Origin: a virus
Reading direction: 5' to 3' (one strand)
IMG/VR virus record: IMGVR_UViG_3300022562_000333
Coordinates: 1-64,000 of that record
DNA length: 64,000 nt
Part shown: in pieces, positions 43,860 through 52,509 of the stretch
Layout: each line of letters begins with the position of its first letter
How positions within the stretch are numbered: the stretch's first letter is position 1
Translations under genes and position numbers: made by a program
The notes under the pieces: generated by a model
The model's database searches: none
What the model was told of the DNA's origin: nothing
Seen by the model: only the letters and a program-made list of their open reading frames with translations

Positions 43860-45109
43860 TACGCTCCCTCAGCAGGAGCCGCCTCCATACCCTCGACTTC
43901 CACCTCAGCGATCAAGTTGTCGATGGCCTCCGTGTCCACGGTGTCATCGGCGAGGTCGTCATCCCCGATGTCCTCCCGACCGTCCGAAACGATGTCCTCG
44001 TCTTCGACGTTCCCTTGGATCGTCTGCGGAGCCTCAGAGAGTAGAGCTGCGTTGACCTTCTTACGGAGGTCGGCGGCGGCTTTGGGGTTGTCCACGAGGT
44101 ACTGACGGACTTGGTTCTTGCCTCGAAACGCCTCGCCGTTGAACTCGTAGCTCGACCCCGATTGCTTGATGAGCTTGCGAGGGATCGCCGACTCGATGAG
44201 GGACAGGTACTCGTCGAGCCCATGGCCGTAGCGGATGAAGACCTCGGCGTTGTGGCCTTGCTTGCCGTCGAGCTTGTTCTTGGCGACCTTGATCTGGACG
44301 ACGTTACCGAAGGGGATCCGCTTCTTCTTGAGCGTCACCGGATCCTTGGTCTCGATGTAGTCCGAACGAGTCCTCGTGAGCTTGAGGCGGTGGCTCGCGT
44401 AGAACTTGACGGCCTTACCCCCAGCCGTGTTGTCATCCTCCCCAGCGTGGCTGCCCGCCTTGATCAAGGAACGGGTCTGGTTGATGAGCATGACGACCGT
44501 GTTCTTGTCCTTGAGCCACTGAACCATCTTGGAGAGGTTCTGGCTCATGGCGCGGGCAAGGGCGCCGATGCGGGCCTCTTCGTCGAGCTTCTTGTCCAGC
44601 TCAGACTTGGGGACCATCGCCGCAACAGAGTCGACCACGACGAGGTCAAATCCGTGGTGGATGGCGAGGTAGAGCATCTTGTACCCTTCCTCAAGGTTGT
44701 CGGGGGCGAAGCAGGTGGACTGCTTGTTGTCGAACTTGACGCCGATCGCCTTGGCGTACCCGTGGTGGATGGCGTTCTCGAAGTCGAGGTACATGCTGGT
44801 ACCACCAGCCTTCTGGGTGGCAGCGACGGCTCCGAGGGCGAGGGTGGTCTTCCCGCTCGACTCTGCACCGAAGACCTCGATGACCCGACCACGAGCGTAA
44901 CCAGGACAGATCATGCCGCTACCGTCAGGGAGCGGGGTACCCCCGAGGAGGTTGTCGATCTGGATAATCCCCGAGGGGATGTGCGGGAACGTTGTCGTGA
45001 TCGAGTTGGTGGGCTTCTGGCCCGTGACCTTGGCGATGTGAGCGAGCGTGAGCTTCATTACATCGGACGGCTTGGTTGGCTTCTTGGCGGCAGCGGCTTT
45101 GGTGGTCAT
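43859..45109 (-). CDS. recA: RecA recombinase
   Basis: EVFGAESSGKTTLAL, VVVDSVAAMVP, INQTR, GGKAVKFYAS and VAKNKL, with an acidic tail. Confidence 0.95.
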   Translation of the reverse strand: MTTKAAAAKKPTKPSDVMKLTLAHIAKVTGQKPTNSITTTFPHIPSGIIQIDNLLGGTPLPDGSGMICPGYARGRVIEVFGAESSGKTTLALGAVAATQKAGGTSMYLDFENAIHHGYAKAIGVKFDNKQSTCFAPDNLEEGYKMLYLAIHHGFDLVVVDSVAAMVPKSELDKKLDEEARIGALARAMSQNLSKMVQWLKDKNTVVMLINQTRSLIKAGSHAGEDDNTAGGKAVKFYASHRLKLTRTRSDYIETKDPVTLKKKRIPFGNVVQIKVAKNKLDGKQGHNAEVFIRYGHGLDEYLSLIESAIPRKLIKQSGSSYEFNGEAFRGKNQVRQYLVDNPKAAADLRKKVNAALLSEAPQTIQGNVEDEDIVSDGREDIGDDDLADDTVDTEAIDNLIAEVEVEGMEAAPAEGA

Positions 45110-45762
45110 GGCGGGGACTCCGGGAGTTTGGAAAATCTGAAGAAACGCTCATCCTCTCGGTACAAGGTCCCGAGTTGGCGCGTCTCGCCCGCATGCCGGC
45201 CCTTAGAGTAGGTCTTTTCCTTGAGGAACGTGTGCGCCTCCGATGGGAGAAGTACGTCCTTGTCGATACGACCTTCAAGAAGGAGCCAAAAGCGGGCGGC
45301 AAATCTAGCGATATGGTAGGCGTCGGCTTCGTCGCTATTCCACCGAGAGATCCCGGTATCAGCTTTCGCCATCGCCACCATATCGGCCTTGAACATCTTC
45401 CCTCTACGGACGGTCGGGTCCTCTTTGGCAAGGGACTTGACCGTCGATGGGTCGAAGTACACCACGTCCTTTCGGCGGGTGTAGATCGCCTCATTTACAT
45501 AGAGGAACAGACCATAGAGACCCTCGGACCACAGTTCCCCGAACGGGGGTGACTCGACCCCGACGATTTGAATTTCAGGCCAATCGTCGATCAGGTCTCC
45601 GACGCACTCACGGAGGCCCATGTACCTTTCGACGAACACGTCACTGGACGGGCTCGCAAAGCGCCCCTTGTCGACAACGCGCTTCTTACCGAAGGCGTCG
45701 GCGTCATGCAGGCACCATCCGAAACCCGTCAGCGACGGGTCCAGCCCAAGGGACAGGAACAT
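45106..45762 (-). CDS. ruvC: RuvC-like Holliday junction resolvase
   Basis: LGLDPSLTGFGW, VGVE, PSTVK, K.DM and DEADAY. Confidence 0.85.
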   Translation of the reverse strand: MFLSLGLDPSLTGFGWCLHDADAFGKKRVVDKGRFASPSSDVFVERYMGLRECVGDLIDDWPEIQIVGVESPPFGELWSEGLYGLFLYVNEAIYTRRKDVVYFDPSTVKSLAKEDPTVRRGKMFKADMVAMAKADTGISRWNSDEADAYHIARFAARFWLLLEGRIDKDVLLPSEAHTFLKEKTYSKGRHAGETRQLGTLYREDERFFRFSKLPESPP

Positions 45763-45826
45763 CCGTTTACGGAGACGGGGGCCGAAGGTCGGGTAAGACC
45801 CCCGACCCCCTCGCCTCGCCTCCTAC

Positions 45827-46681
45827 TCAGACGTTACCGAGGACGTTGGAGAAGTCCTCGTTGGAGAAGTCCGAGCCCGGCGCCGCAGTACCGCCGCCAC
45901 CCGGCAACCCCAGCTTCTCGCGAAGCTCGTCTGTGCTCATCTCCCGGAAGGGCTTGAGCTTGTCCCCGTAGAAGGTGATGGCCTTCTCCAAGATGCGCCG
46001 CTTGAACGGCTCGTTCCGGAGGTAGATCGCCGGCCCTGCCTGGGTGATCGTGATCTTCTGGAACTGGGTATCGGAGCACGACAGGTGGAGGTCGATCCCG
46101 GAAAGGGAGCTTCCACCCTCTTGAAGACCCCTGTTGATCTTCCGAAGCACGTCGTACTTGTCCGGAGAGAAGCGCCAGGGCTTGATCTGCCACTTCTTGC
46201 CGAGCGCGTCCTTGTCCACCTCACCCTCCCGGTCAGTCGGGTAGATGAGGAGGAGCGTGATGACGTAGTCCCGCTTCTCGCCCAGCTTGCTCCAGACCTT
46301 CAACTCCTCGGGTGTCACGTTCTTCGGCCACGTGACGTACCCGATGTCCTTCTTGAAAGACGACGAGACGGTCTTCACACGCGCTTCGCTCGTGTCGAGA
46401 AGGTCAACCTGATCGAGCTGGTCGACGCTCTTTCCGAGCTTCTCGGCCAACGTCTGACGGACCTTCGCGACGAGAGCCTTGCGCTGCTCTTCGTTGAGGT
46501 CCGGCTTCTGGCGAACAGCCTTCCGAAGCTGCGTCACCTCGAAGCTGTTGAAGTACACGAGAGCGACGCGGTCCGTACGACCCTTCTCTCCCTTGTACCA
46601 GTCGGTCTGGTTCGAGTTGACCTTGCCCTTGTCCTCGTCACCAAAACCAATGTCATCATCCAAATCGATATCGTCGCTCAT
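45827..46681 (-). CDS. Putative single-stranded DNA-binding protein (gp32-like role) (284 aa)
   Basis: Strong SD AAGGAG, highly biased codons, aromatic/basic core, Gly linker and acidic-hydrophobic tail; sits in the recombination cluster. Confidence 0.6.
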   Translation of the reverse strand: MSDDIDLDDDIGFGDEDKGKVNSNQTDWYKGEKGRTDRVALVYFNSFEVTQLRKAVRQKPDLNEEQRKALVAKVRQTLAEKLGKSVDQLDQVDLLDTSEARVKTVSSSFKKDIGYVTWPKNVTPEELKVWSKLGEKRDYVITLLLIYPTDREGEVDKDALGKKWQIKPWRFSPDKYDVLRKINRGLQEGGSSLSGIDLHLSCSDTQFQKITITQAGPAIYLRNEPFKRRILEKAITFYGDKLKPFREMSTDELREKLGLPGGGGTAAPGSDFSNEDFSNVLGNV

Positions 46682-46854
46682 GGCAGCTCCTTGAACGTGC
46701 CTCCCGGATACTCACTGAGGGATTGCCGGAAAGGCTGGTTGTGGACTTGCTACGTGCGGCACACCAACTTGGACGTTGGTTTGAGGTGACCCTCGGACTT
46801 ACTGGTCGGGTGGCGTACCGCTCTGTTGGGTACACCACACAAGCTGAAAACCGA

Positions 46855-47946
46855 TCAGAGGTTCTTGAGGATGTCCGAGAAGTCGAAGTCGTCATCCCCG
46901 CTAGCAGGCGCAGACTTCGCTGGTTTCGGAGCCTCTGCTTTCTTGTCAGCCGTTTTACCGTTCTTTGAGGAAGTGCCGTTTGTTTTTGGCGCTTCTTCCT
47001 TGTCAAGAAAGGCAGCGACTTCCGATTCCGCGACAGACGACGAGGTTTCAGGAGCCTTCTGCTCCACGGCCTCGGTTTTCACCGCAGGTTTCGGAGCTGC
47101 TTCTGGCGTCGCGGACGACCCGGCAGCGACCTCGGCGAGAATGTCGTCGATCGGATCTGGTACCGCTTTTGGTTCCGGCTTGGTTTCAACAGGCTCAGGC
47201 TTCGCCTCTACCACAGGTTCGGGTTCAGGCTTGGGCTCGGGCTTCACCTCTACTACGGGTTCGGCCTTGGGTTCCGGCTTCGCCTCGGCCTTGGGTTCCG
47301 GCTTCGCCTCGGGCTCAGGCTTCGCCTCAACGGGAGCCTCACCCTCGTCTGAGTTGTCCGCCTCAGACGTGTTCGACTCTTGAGACAAGAGGCGCTGGAT
47401 CTCATCCTCGTCGATCCCATCGTCGACTGGCAAGGGCCGACCCTTGCTGTCACGGGGACCGCTAAACTCGTCCCCGTACCCAGTCCCCGTAACCCGGTCG
47501 GCCAGGAGCAGGGAGCGTTGGGTCTTGATGTTGTCGCTCGTCCGAACAAGCTCTTGGTGTCGAAGTCGGACCGCCTTCTCGATCGTCTCCAAGTCAAGAA
47601 GCTGCTGATCCAGTTCGCTGATACGAGACACCCGAGCCGCAAGAAGAACGTTGGCCTGAGCCTCACGGTCCTTGATATTCGGAGCGGCCTTGATCGCAGC
47701 GTTCTCCGCGAGGAGTTGGCTCAGCTCGACCTGATACCCGGCCTTCTCGGCAGCGAGATCCTTGGCAACCCCTCGCTTCTCTCGCTGGATTTCGAGCAGG
47801 ATGGCCGTGACCCGGTTCTGGTAGTTGCGACACGTGGCAACCACTTGGTTGATGTACCGGGGGCCGAGCACCGTGGGATCGGGTTCCAGCTCGATCGCCA
47901 TGCCGAAGATTTCGTCGTAAATCTGCTCAACACGTTTCAGTTCCAT
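46855..47946 (-). CDS. Helical protein (UvsY-like mediator candidate) with a Pro/Glu/Lys linker and acidic tail (363 aa)
   Basis: Coiled-coil N-half with NIKDREA, EAKPEP repeats and C-terminus DDFDFSDILKNL. Confidence 0.6.
   Translation of the reverse strand: MELKRVEQIYDEIFGMAIELEPDPTVLGPRYINQVVATCRNYQNRVTAILLEIQREKRGVAKDLAAEKAGYQVELSQLLAENAAIKAAPNIKDREAQANVLLAARVSRISELDQQLLDLETIEKAVRLRHQELVRTSDNIKTQRSLLLADRVTGTGYGDEFSGPRDSKGRPLPVDDGIDEDEIQRLLSQESNTSEADNSDEGEAPVEAKPEPEAKPEPKAEAKPEPKAEPVVEVKPEPKPEPEPVVEAKPEPVETKPEPKAVPDPIDDILAEVAAGSSATPEAAPKPAVKTEAVEQKAPETSSSVAESEVAAFLDKEEAPKTNGTSSKNGKTADKKAEAPKPAKSAPASGDDDFDFSDILKNL
47165..47332 (-). repeat. Coding repeats (EAKPEP/KPEPKA)
   Basis: Recurrent ggcttcgcctc and ttgggttccggc units. 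Confidence 0.8.
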
Positions 47947-47996
47947 GCGGTGCCTCGAAGGTGGGGGATCAGACCCCACAAAGACACCGGATGGCT

Positions 47997-50222
47997 CTAC
48001 GGAGAGGCAGATTCTTGCATGGGGTTTGATTCTACGGGCGTTCGGAGAGCCTGTACGGCTGAGGTGATGGCTCGCTCAAACCCGGTGTTCCGCTGCAAGA
48101 CCTTGTCGTTAGCGATGGCTTTCGACACGGCCAAGTTGTCCCCAAGCAACCAGACCCGCTTCTTGGCCCGCGTCACGGCTGTATAGAACAGGTTTCTCTG
48201 GAGCATCCGCCCTTGCGTACGAACGATGGGGAGGATCACCGTGTCAAACTCCGAGCCTTGGCACTTGTGGACCGTGATGGCGTACGCGAGCCGGAGCTTC
48301 TGACCAACCTCACGCCGAGGGATTTCCACGAGCATGTCCAGCCCGTCTTCCCCAGCCCCGTGGACCCTAACAGTGAGGTGGTCCGTGTGGATTGACATGA
48401 GCTTCCCCATGTCCCCGTTGTAGACCCCTAGCTCGTAGTCGTTTCGGATGACCATGACGCGGTCACCCTCGCGGAAACGGAGAGTGCCGATCGTTAGCTC
48501 CCTCTTCCCATCCCCTCCTGGGTTGAGGACTTCCCGGAGCTTGTCGTTCAAGTTGTTGACTCCGACGACACCATCGTACTTCGGGGAGAGCACTTGGAAG
48601 TTGGCGTCCCGCCCCTTCAGTTTGACCGCCATCTTGACAGCCAGGTCCACGAGCTTCTCCTCATCCGAGATCGCCACGAAGCGGAAGTCAGATTCGGTCC
48701 CGCCAGGAACGATGGCATCACCCCTATTGATCCGATGGGAGTTGAGGATGATGTCGCTGGCCTCAGCCTGACGGAAGATTTGAGTAAGCCTGACGGTCGG
48801 GATCTCAGGGCATCGAATCAACTCACGGAGAACGTTGCCGGGACCTACAGACGGTAGCTGTGCGTCGTCCCCGACGAACACCAAGATGGTACCCTCTTCC
48901 AAAGCATCGAGGATCCGGAAGAACAGCTCTTGGTCGACCATCGACATCTCATCGACGATGACCGCTCCGATGGGGAACTTGTTGGTGATGCCGTAGCCCC
49001 AATGGTCTCCGTCATACCGAAAGGTCCGGTGGATGGTGGCCGCTGCATGCCCTGTCACCTCGGACAACCGCTTGGAGGCGATGCCGGTAGGAGCCATAAG
49101 CCGGAACGAGATACCCGCCTGCTCGAATAGGTTCACGAAGGTCTTTACAACGGTCGTCTTGCCAGTCCCCGGCAATCCGGTAAGGACCAGCACCCGACTG
49201 CTGAGGAGCTTCTGAACAGCGTCTCGCTGTGCCTCCGAGAGCGAGATTTGGTAGATGGTCTCGTACGTCTTGAGGAACTCGGTAGGCTCCACGTCGAGCT
49301 GCAAGGGCGTCAAGAACCGAGCTAGGTTCTCGGCTGATTGTCTTTCATGCCTGAAGTGGTTGGGTAGATAGACCCCGACGCTTGGATCGACCTTCACTCC
49401 GTCGCGGTCAACCAACCGGGCAACCGCCTTGTTCAACTCCCCTGTGAGGTCGACATCCCCAAAGGGATCGATCTCTGACCCTCGTAGCAGCTCTCTGAGC
49501 TGCGTGGCGATATCCCCTCGTCGAACGCAAAGGTGCCCCGAGCGAGCGGCCTCCCGGAGCACCCAAAGAGCAGCACCCTCGAAACGTCTAGGGTCCTCTC
49601 GGTCCAAACCCATCTTTTCGGCAACTTCATCAACCTCGCCGAAAGAGAAGCCCTCAACTTCCAAGAGGCGGTAAGGGTTTTCCTGAAGGATCTTCTTGGC
49701 TTCGGCACCAAAGGTGTCGAAGAGGGCCTTCATTTGGTTCGAGTTGACCGTGTGGTCCGAGAAGAAGGCGGATAGCTCGGCACTCGTGCGGGCGTATGCC
49801 CAAGTCTCCAAGAGCTGGTCGATGGATTCATCCGTGAAGCCGGACAAGCCTCGGAGCTTCTCAGGCTCTTCCGAGAGGACCCGGAAGAGGTCCACCCCGA
49901 AGGTGTCCACGAGGATAGCGATGGGGGCTTCCTCCAACCCCAGGCAAACCCGGAGGAAGGCTTCGACACCCATCTCCGTGTCCGCCCATGGCCCCCACCC
50001 GTGGAGGTCGAACTGTTGCCCGAATCTTGGGTGGTTCGTCCAGTTGCCAAAGACCTCAAGAGAGACGCCGGGAGTGATCTGCTCTATGCCGAAGATGCGG
50101 CCCTTGCAGACGACTTTGCGACCATACTCGTACCCGTCTCGACCCGCAGGCTCGATGGAGAAGATGTAGAAGTCATCGCTCTTGTGGATGACGTTCCACA
50201 CGCGACCACGGATCGACCGCAT
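47997..50222 (-). CDS. recD2: RecD2-like SF1B helicase (741 aa)
   Basis: N-terminal HPRFGQQF, ENPYRL, GLPGTGKTT, VDEMSM, GDDAQLPSVGPG, AYAITVHKCQGSE and YTAVTRAK. Confidence 0.95.
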   Translation of the reverse strand: MRSIRGRVWNVIHKSDDFYIFSIEPAGRDGYEYGRKVVCKGRIFGIEQITPGVSLEVFGNWTNHPRFGQQFDLHGWGPWADTEMGVEAFLRVCLGLEEAPIAILVDTFGVDLFRVLSEEPEKLRGLSGFTDESIDQLLETWAYARTSAELSAFFSDHTVNSNQMKALFDTFGAEAKKILQENPYRLLEVEGFSFGEVDEVAEKMGLDREDPRRFEGAALWVLREAARSGHLCVRRGDIATQLRELLRGSEIDPFGDVDLTGELNKAVARLVDRDGVKVDPSVGVYLPNHFRHERQSAENLARFLTPLQLDVEPTEFLKTYETIYQISLSEAQRDAVQKLLSSRVLVLTGLPGTGKTTVVKTFVNLFEQAGISFRLMAPTGIASKRLSEVTGHAAATIHRTFRYDGDHWGYGITNKFPIGAVIVDEMSMVDQELFFRILDALEEGTILVFVGDDAQLPSVGPGNVLRELIRCPEIPTVRLTQIFRQAEASDIILNSHRINRGDAIVPGGTESDFRFVAISDEEKLVDLAVKMAVKLKGRDANFQVLSPKYDGVVGVNNLNDKLREVLNPGGDGKRELTIGTLRFREGDRVMVIRNDYELGVYNGDMGKLMSIHTDHLTVRVHGAGEDGLDMLVEIPRREVGQKLRLAYAITVHKCQGSEFDTVILPIVRTQGRMLQRNLFYTAVTRAKKRVWLLGDNLAVSKAIANDKVLQRNTGFERAITSAVQALRTPVESNPMQESASP

Positions 50223-50223
50223 A

Positions 50224-52113
50224 CTACCCGACCAGTTGGAGGAACTCGTCCTCTGTGATGACCTTGGTGCCGTACTTCCGGGCGGTAGCCGCCTTCGTCG
50301 TAGAGCTGTCGGCGGCCACGAGGTAGCTGAGCTTCTTGGTCACGGAGGACTTCACCACACCTCCGTTGGAGGTGACCAAGGATTCTAGCTCGGGGCGCTT
50401 GCGAGCCATTGTGCCCGTGAAACAGAACGTCATGCCGGTGAGTCTGCCCTTCACTCGGTCAATGATCGATACGCCAGCAAGCTGTAGTTCGTCCACCACG
50501 TGCCCGTGGTTCTTGAGCCAAGTGAAGAGGGACTCCGCCTTGACTGGGCCGAGCCCGGTCACCTTCATGAGCTGTTCGAGAGATGCGTCACGGATGGCGT
50601 CGAGGGTATCGATCCCAGCCTCCATCACCATCTTGATCGTGCTCACCGCAACACCTGGGATCGAAAGAGCCCCGAGAACGGTCTCCAAGGGGAGGTCTTT
50701 CTTCTCGTTGAGGTTCGCCAGTACCTTTGCCGCGACCTTCGGTCCCATGCGGTCAAGTCCAGCCACCTGTTCTTCCGTCAGAAGGTAAAGGTCCGGAACA
50801 GATTTTACGAGCCCTGTAGAGACGAGCTTCTCCAAGAGGGTGTCACCCCACTCCAGAACGTTGAGGGTGGCGATCCACTGAGAAAGGCGGCCGGTAACCT
50901 GCGCTGGGCACCCCGTCCAGTTGGGGCACACATGGTACTCCCCGTCTTGGACAACGTTTGCACCACAAACGTCGCAGGTGGCGGGGGGTTGGTTGACCGA
51001 CCCCGAACCTCGGACAAGGGACACTACACGCGGGATAACGTCGTTCGCTCGGGCCACGAGAACGCGGGAACCTACATCGAGGCCGAGGTCTTTGATGTAC
51101 TTCCAGTTGTAGAGGCTGGCGTTCGTTACCTGAGCCCCCATCAAATTCACGGAGTCGAAGACGGCGACGGGGGTGATTCGGCCGGTACCTCCCGTCTGGC
51201 GGAGAATCTGGCGGACGATGGTTTCCCGCGTGACAGGGGCAAACTTGAACGCCACGGCCCCCTTGGGTCGCAAGTCCTTCTCACCTAGCGCGAGCTGTTT
51301 GGCGAGGTTGTTGACCCGGACGACCAACCCGTCGATGTCGTAATCCAGCCGGTCCCGCTTACCTTGCTGGTAGTCCACCCAGATGTCGTGAGGGGTCTTG
51401 ATCCCCATCCACATGCCGGATAGCGACCACCAGGGGGTCACGAAACCAAGCTCTTGAAGGTACCTGAACTGGTCCTCCTCCGTGGTGAAGTTGGCACCCT
51501 CAGCCACGTGGTAGAACATGACCGTGAGGTGGTCACACCCACGCCCATCATACCTCTTGGAAATGCCGCTGGCTGCGTTACGGGTGTTGGCGTAGTCGTC
51601 CTTGAACCACGCCTCGTGGTCGCTCTTGAGCAGTACGATTTCACCGCGAAGTACGAGGTTGAGCTTCTTGGGGAGGCGAGGGAAAATACCCTTCATTTTG
51701 AGAACGTTGGCCGTGATTTCCTCGCCTGTATGCCCATCCCCTCGTGTTGCAGCCTGAACGAGCTTGCCGTTGAAGTATCGGACTTGAACGCTGATCCCGT
51801 CGAGCTTCTCCGTAACGAGCAGAGCCTCTCCGGGAGCGTAGGAATTGACCCAGTCCGTCATCTCCTCCAAGGCGTTGACCTTGTTGAGCGATCCCATCGG
51901 GTGGTCGTGTTTGACCTTCTTCCATTCAGAAACGGGAGCGGCGCCGACTTGAACGACAACGCGGTTGACCGCGTCGAGCATGGACAACTCGTCAACCCAA
52001 GCGTCGTAAACCTCATCGGTGACGTTGGGTTGCTTGTTGTAGTAGTCGTTTCGAGCCTTACCGATGAGCCCTTCAAGCTCGGCGATTCGGGCTCTGCGCT
52101 CCTCGTCGGTCAT
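50224..52113 (-). CDS. ligA: NAD-dependent DNA ligase
   Basis: YY..D..YD, HPMGSL, EKLDG, TRGDG, DGLVV, AFKF, zinc finger, HhH and BRCT. Confidence 0.96.
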   Translation of the reverse strand: MTDEERRARIAELEGLIGKARNDYYNKQPNVTDEVYDAWVDELSMLDAVNRVVVQVGAAPVSEWKKVKHDHPMGSLNKVNALEEMTDWVNSYAPGEALLVTEKLDGISVQVRYFNGKLVQAATRGDGHTGEEITANVLKMKGIFPRLPKKLNLVLRGEIVLLKSDHEAWFKDDYANTRNAASGISKRYDGRGCDHLTVMFYHVAEGANFTTEEDQFRYLQELGFVTPWWSLSGMWMGIKTPHDIWVDYQQGKRDRLDYDIDGLVVRVNNLAKQLALGEKDLRPKGAVAFKFAPVTRETIVRQILRQTGGTGRITPVAVFDSVNLMGAQVTNASLYNWKYIKDLGLDVGSRVLVARANDVIPRVVSLVRGSGSVNQPPATCDVCGANVVQDGEYHVCPNWTGCPAQVTGRLSQWIATLNVLEWGDTLLEKLVSTGLVKSVPDLYLLTEEQVAGLDRMGPKVAAKVLANLNEKKDLPLETVLGALSIPGVAVSTIKMVMEAGIDTLDAIRDASLEQLMKVTGLGPVKAESLFTWLKNHGHVVDELQLAGVSIIDRVKGRLTGMTFCFTGTMARKRPELESLVTSNGGVVKSSVTKKLSYLVAADSSTTKAATARKYGTKVITEDEFLQLVG

Positions 52114-52433
52114 CCCAATTTCCCTTTGGTCCCGCCCTGCATCGCAGATGTGATCTCGATCTTCTGACCTTGCGACGGCTCCCCGACCTCGACCTTCTCA
52201 CCCGCCTCTTGCTGGGCCTTCACCATCGCTTCCAACTCTTCGATGGTGGCAAGGGGGGCGAGAACGACCCTGATCTCACGGCCTTTGAAGGTCTCCAGGG
52301 CGGATTGCACGTCGAACGAGAAGGGGCGCCCGGACTGATCTTCGGTACGGACCACGAAGCGATCCGTCATGGGGTCCTGCTCTACGACGCCTTCCACGAG
52401 GTAGACGCCCATCTTGTCCTTACCCTGAGTCAT
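52110..52433 (-). CDS. Hypothetical protein (107 aa)
   Basis: SD GGAGG before the ATG at 52433; overlaps the ligA start. Confidence 0.65.
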   Translation of the reverse strand: MTQGKDKMGVYLVEGVVEQDPMTDRFVVRTEDQSGRPFSFDVQSALETFKGREIRVVLAPLATIEELEAMVKAQQEAGEKVEVGEPSQGQKIEITSAMQGGTKGKLG

Positions 52434-52509
52434 GTCCAGCCTCCAAATGAGTCGAGCCCCCTCTAGTAACACCGGAGGGGGCTCAAACTGGACGATTTTC
52501 GGTAGGTCT

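Noticed and set aside
45285-45312. RFAARF in the RuvC-like protein as another targeting peptide
   Set aside because: It directly follows the catalytic DEADAY helix inside the fold, so it is probably coincidental.
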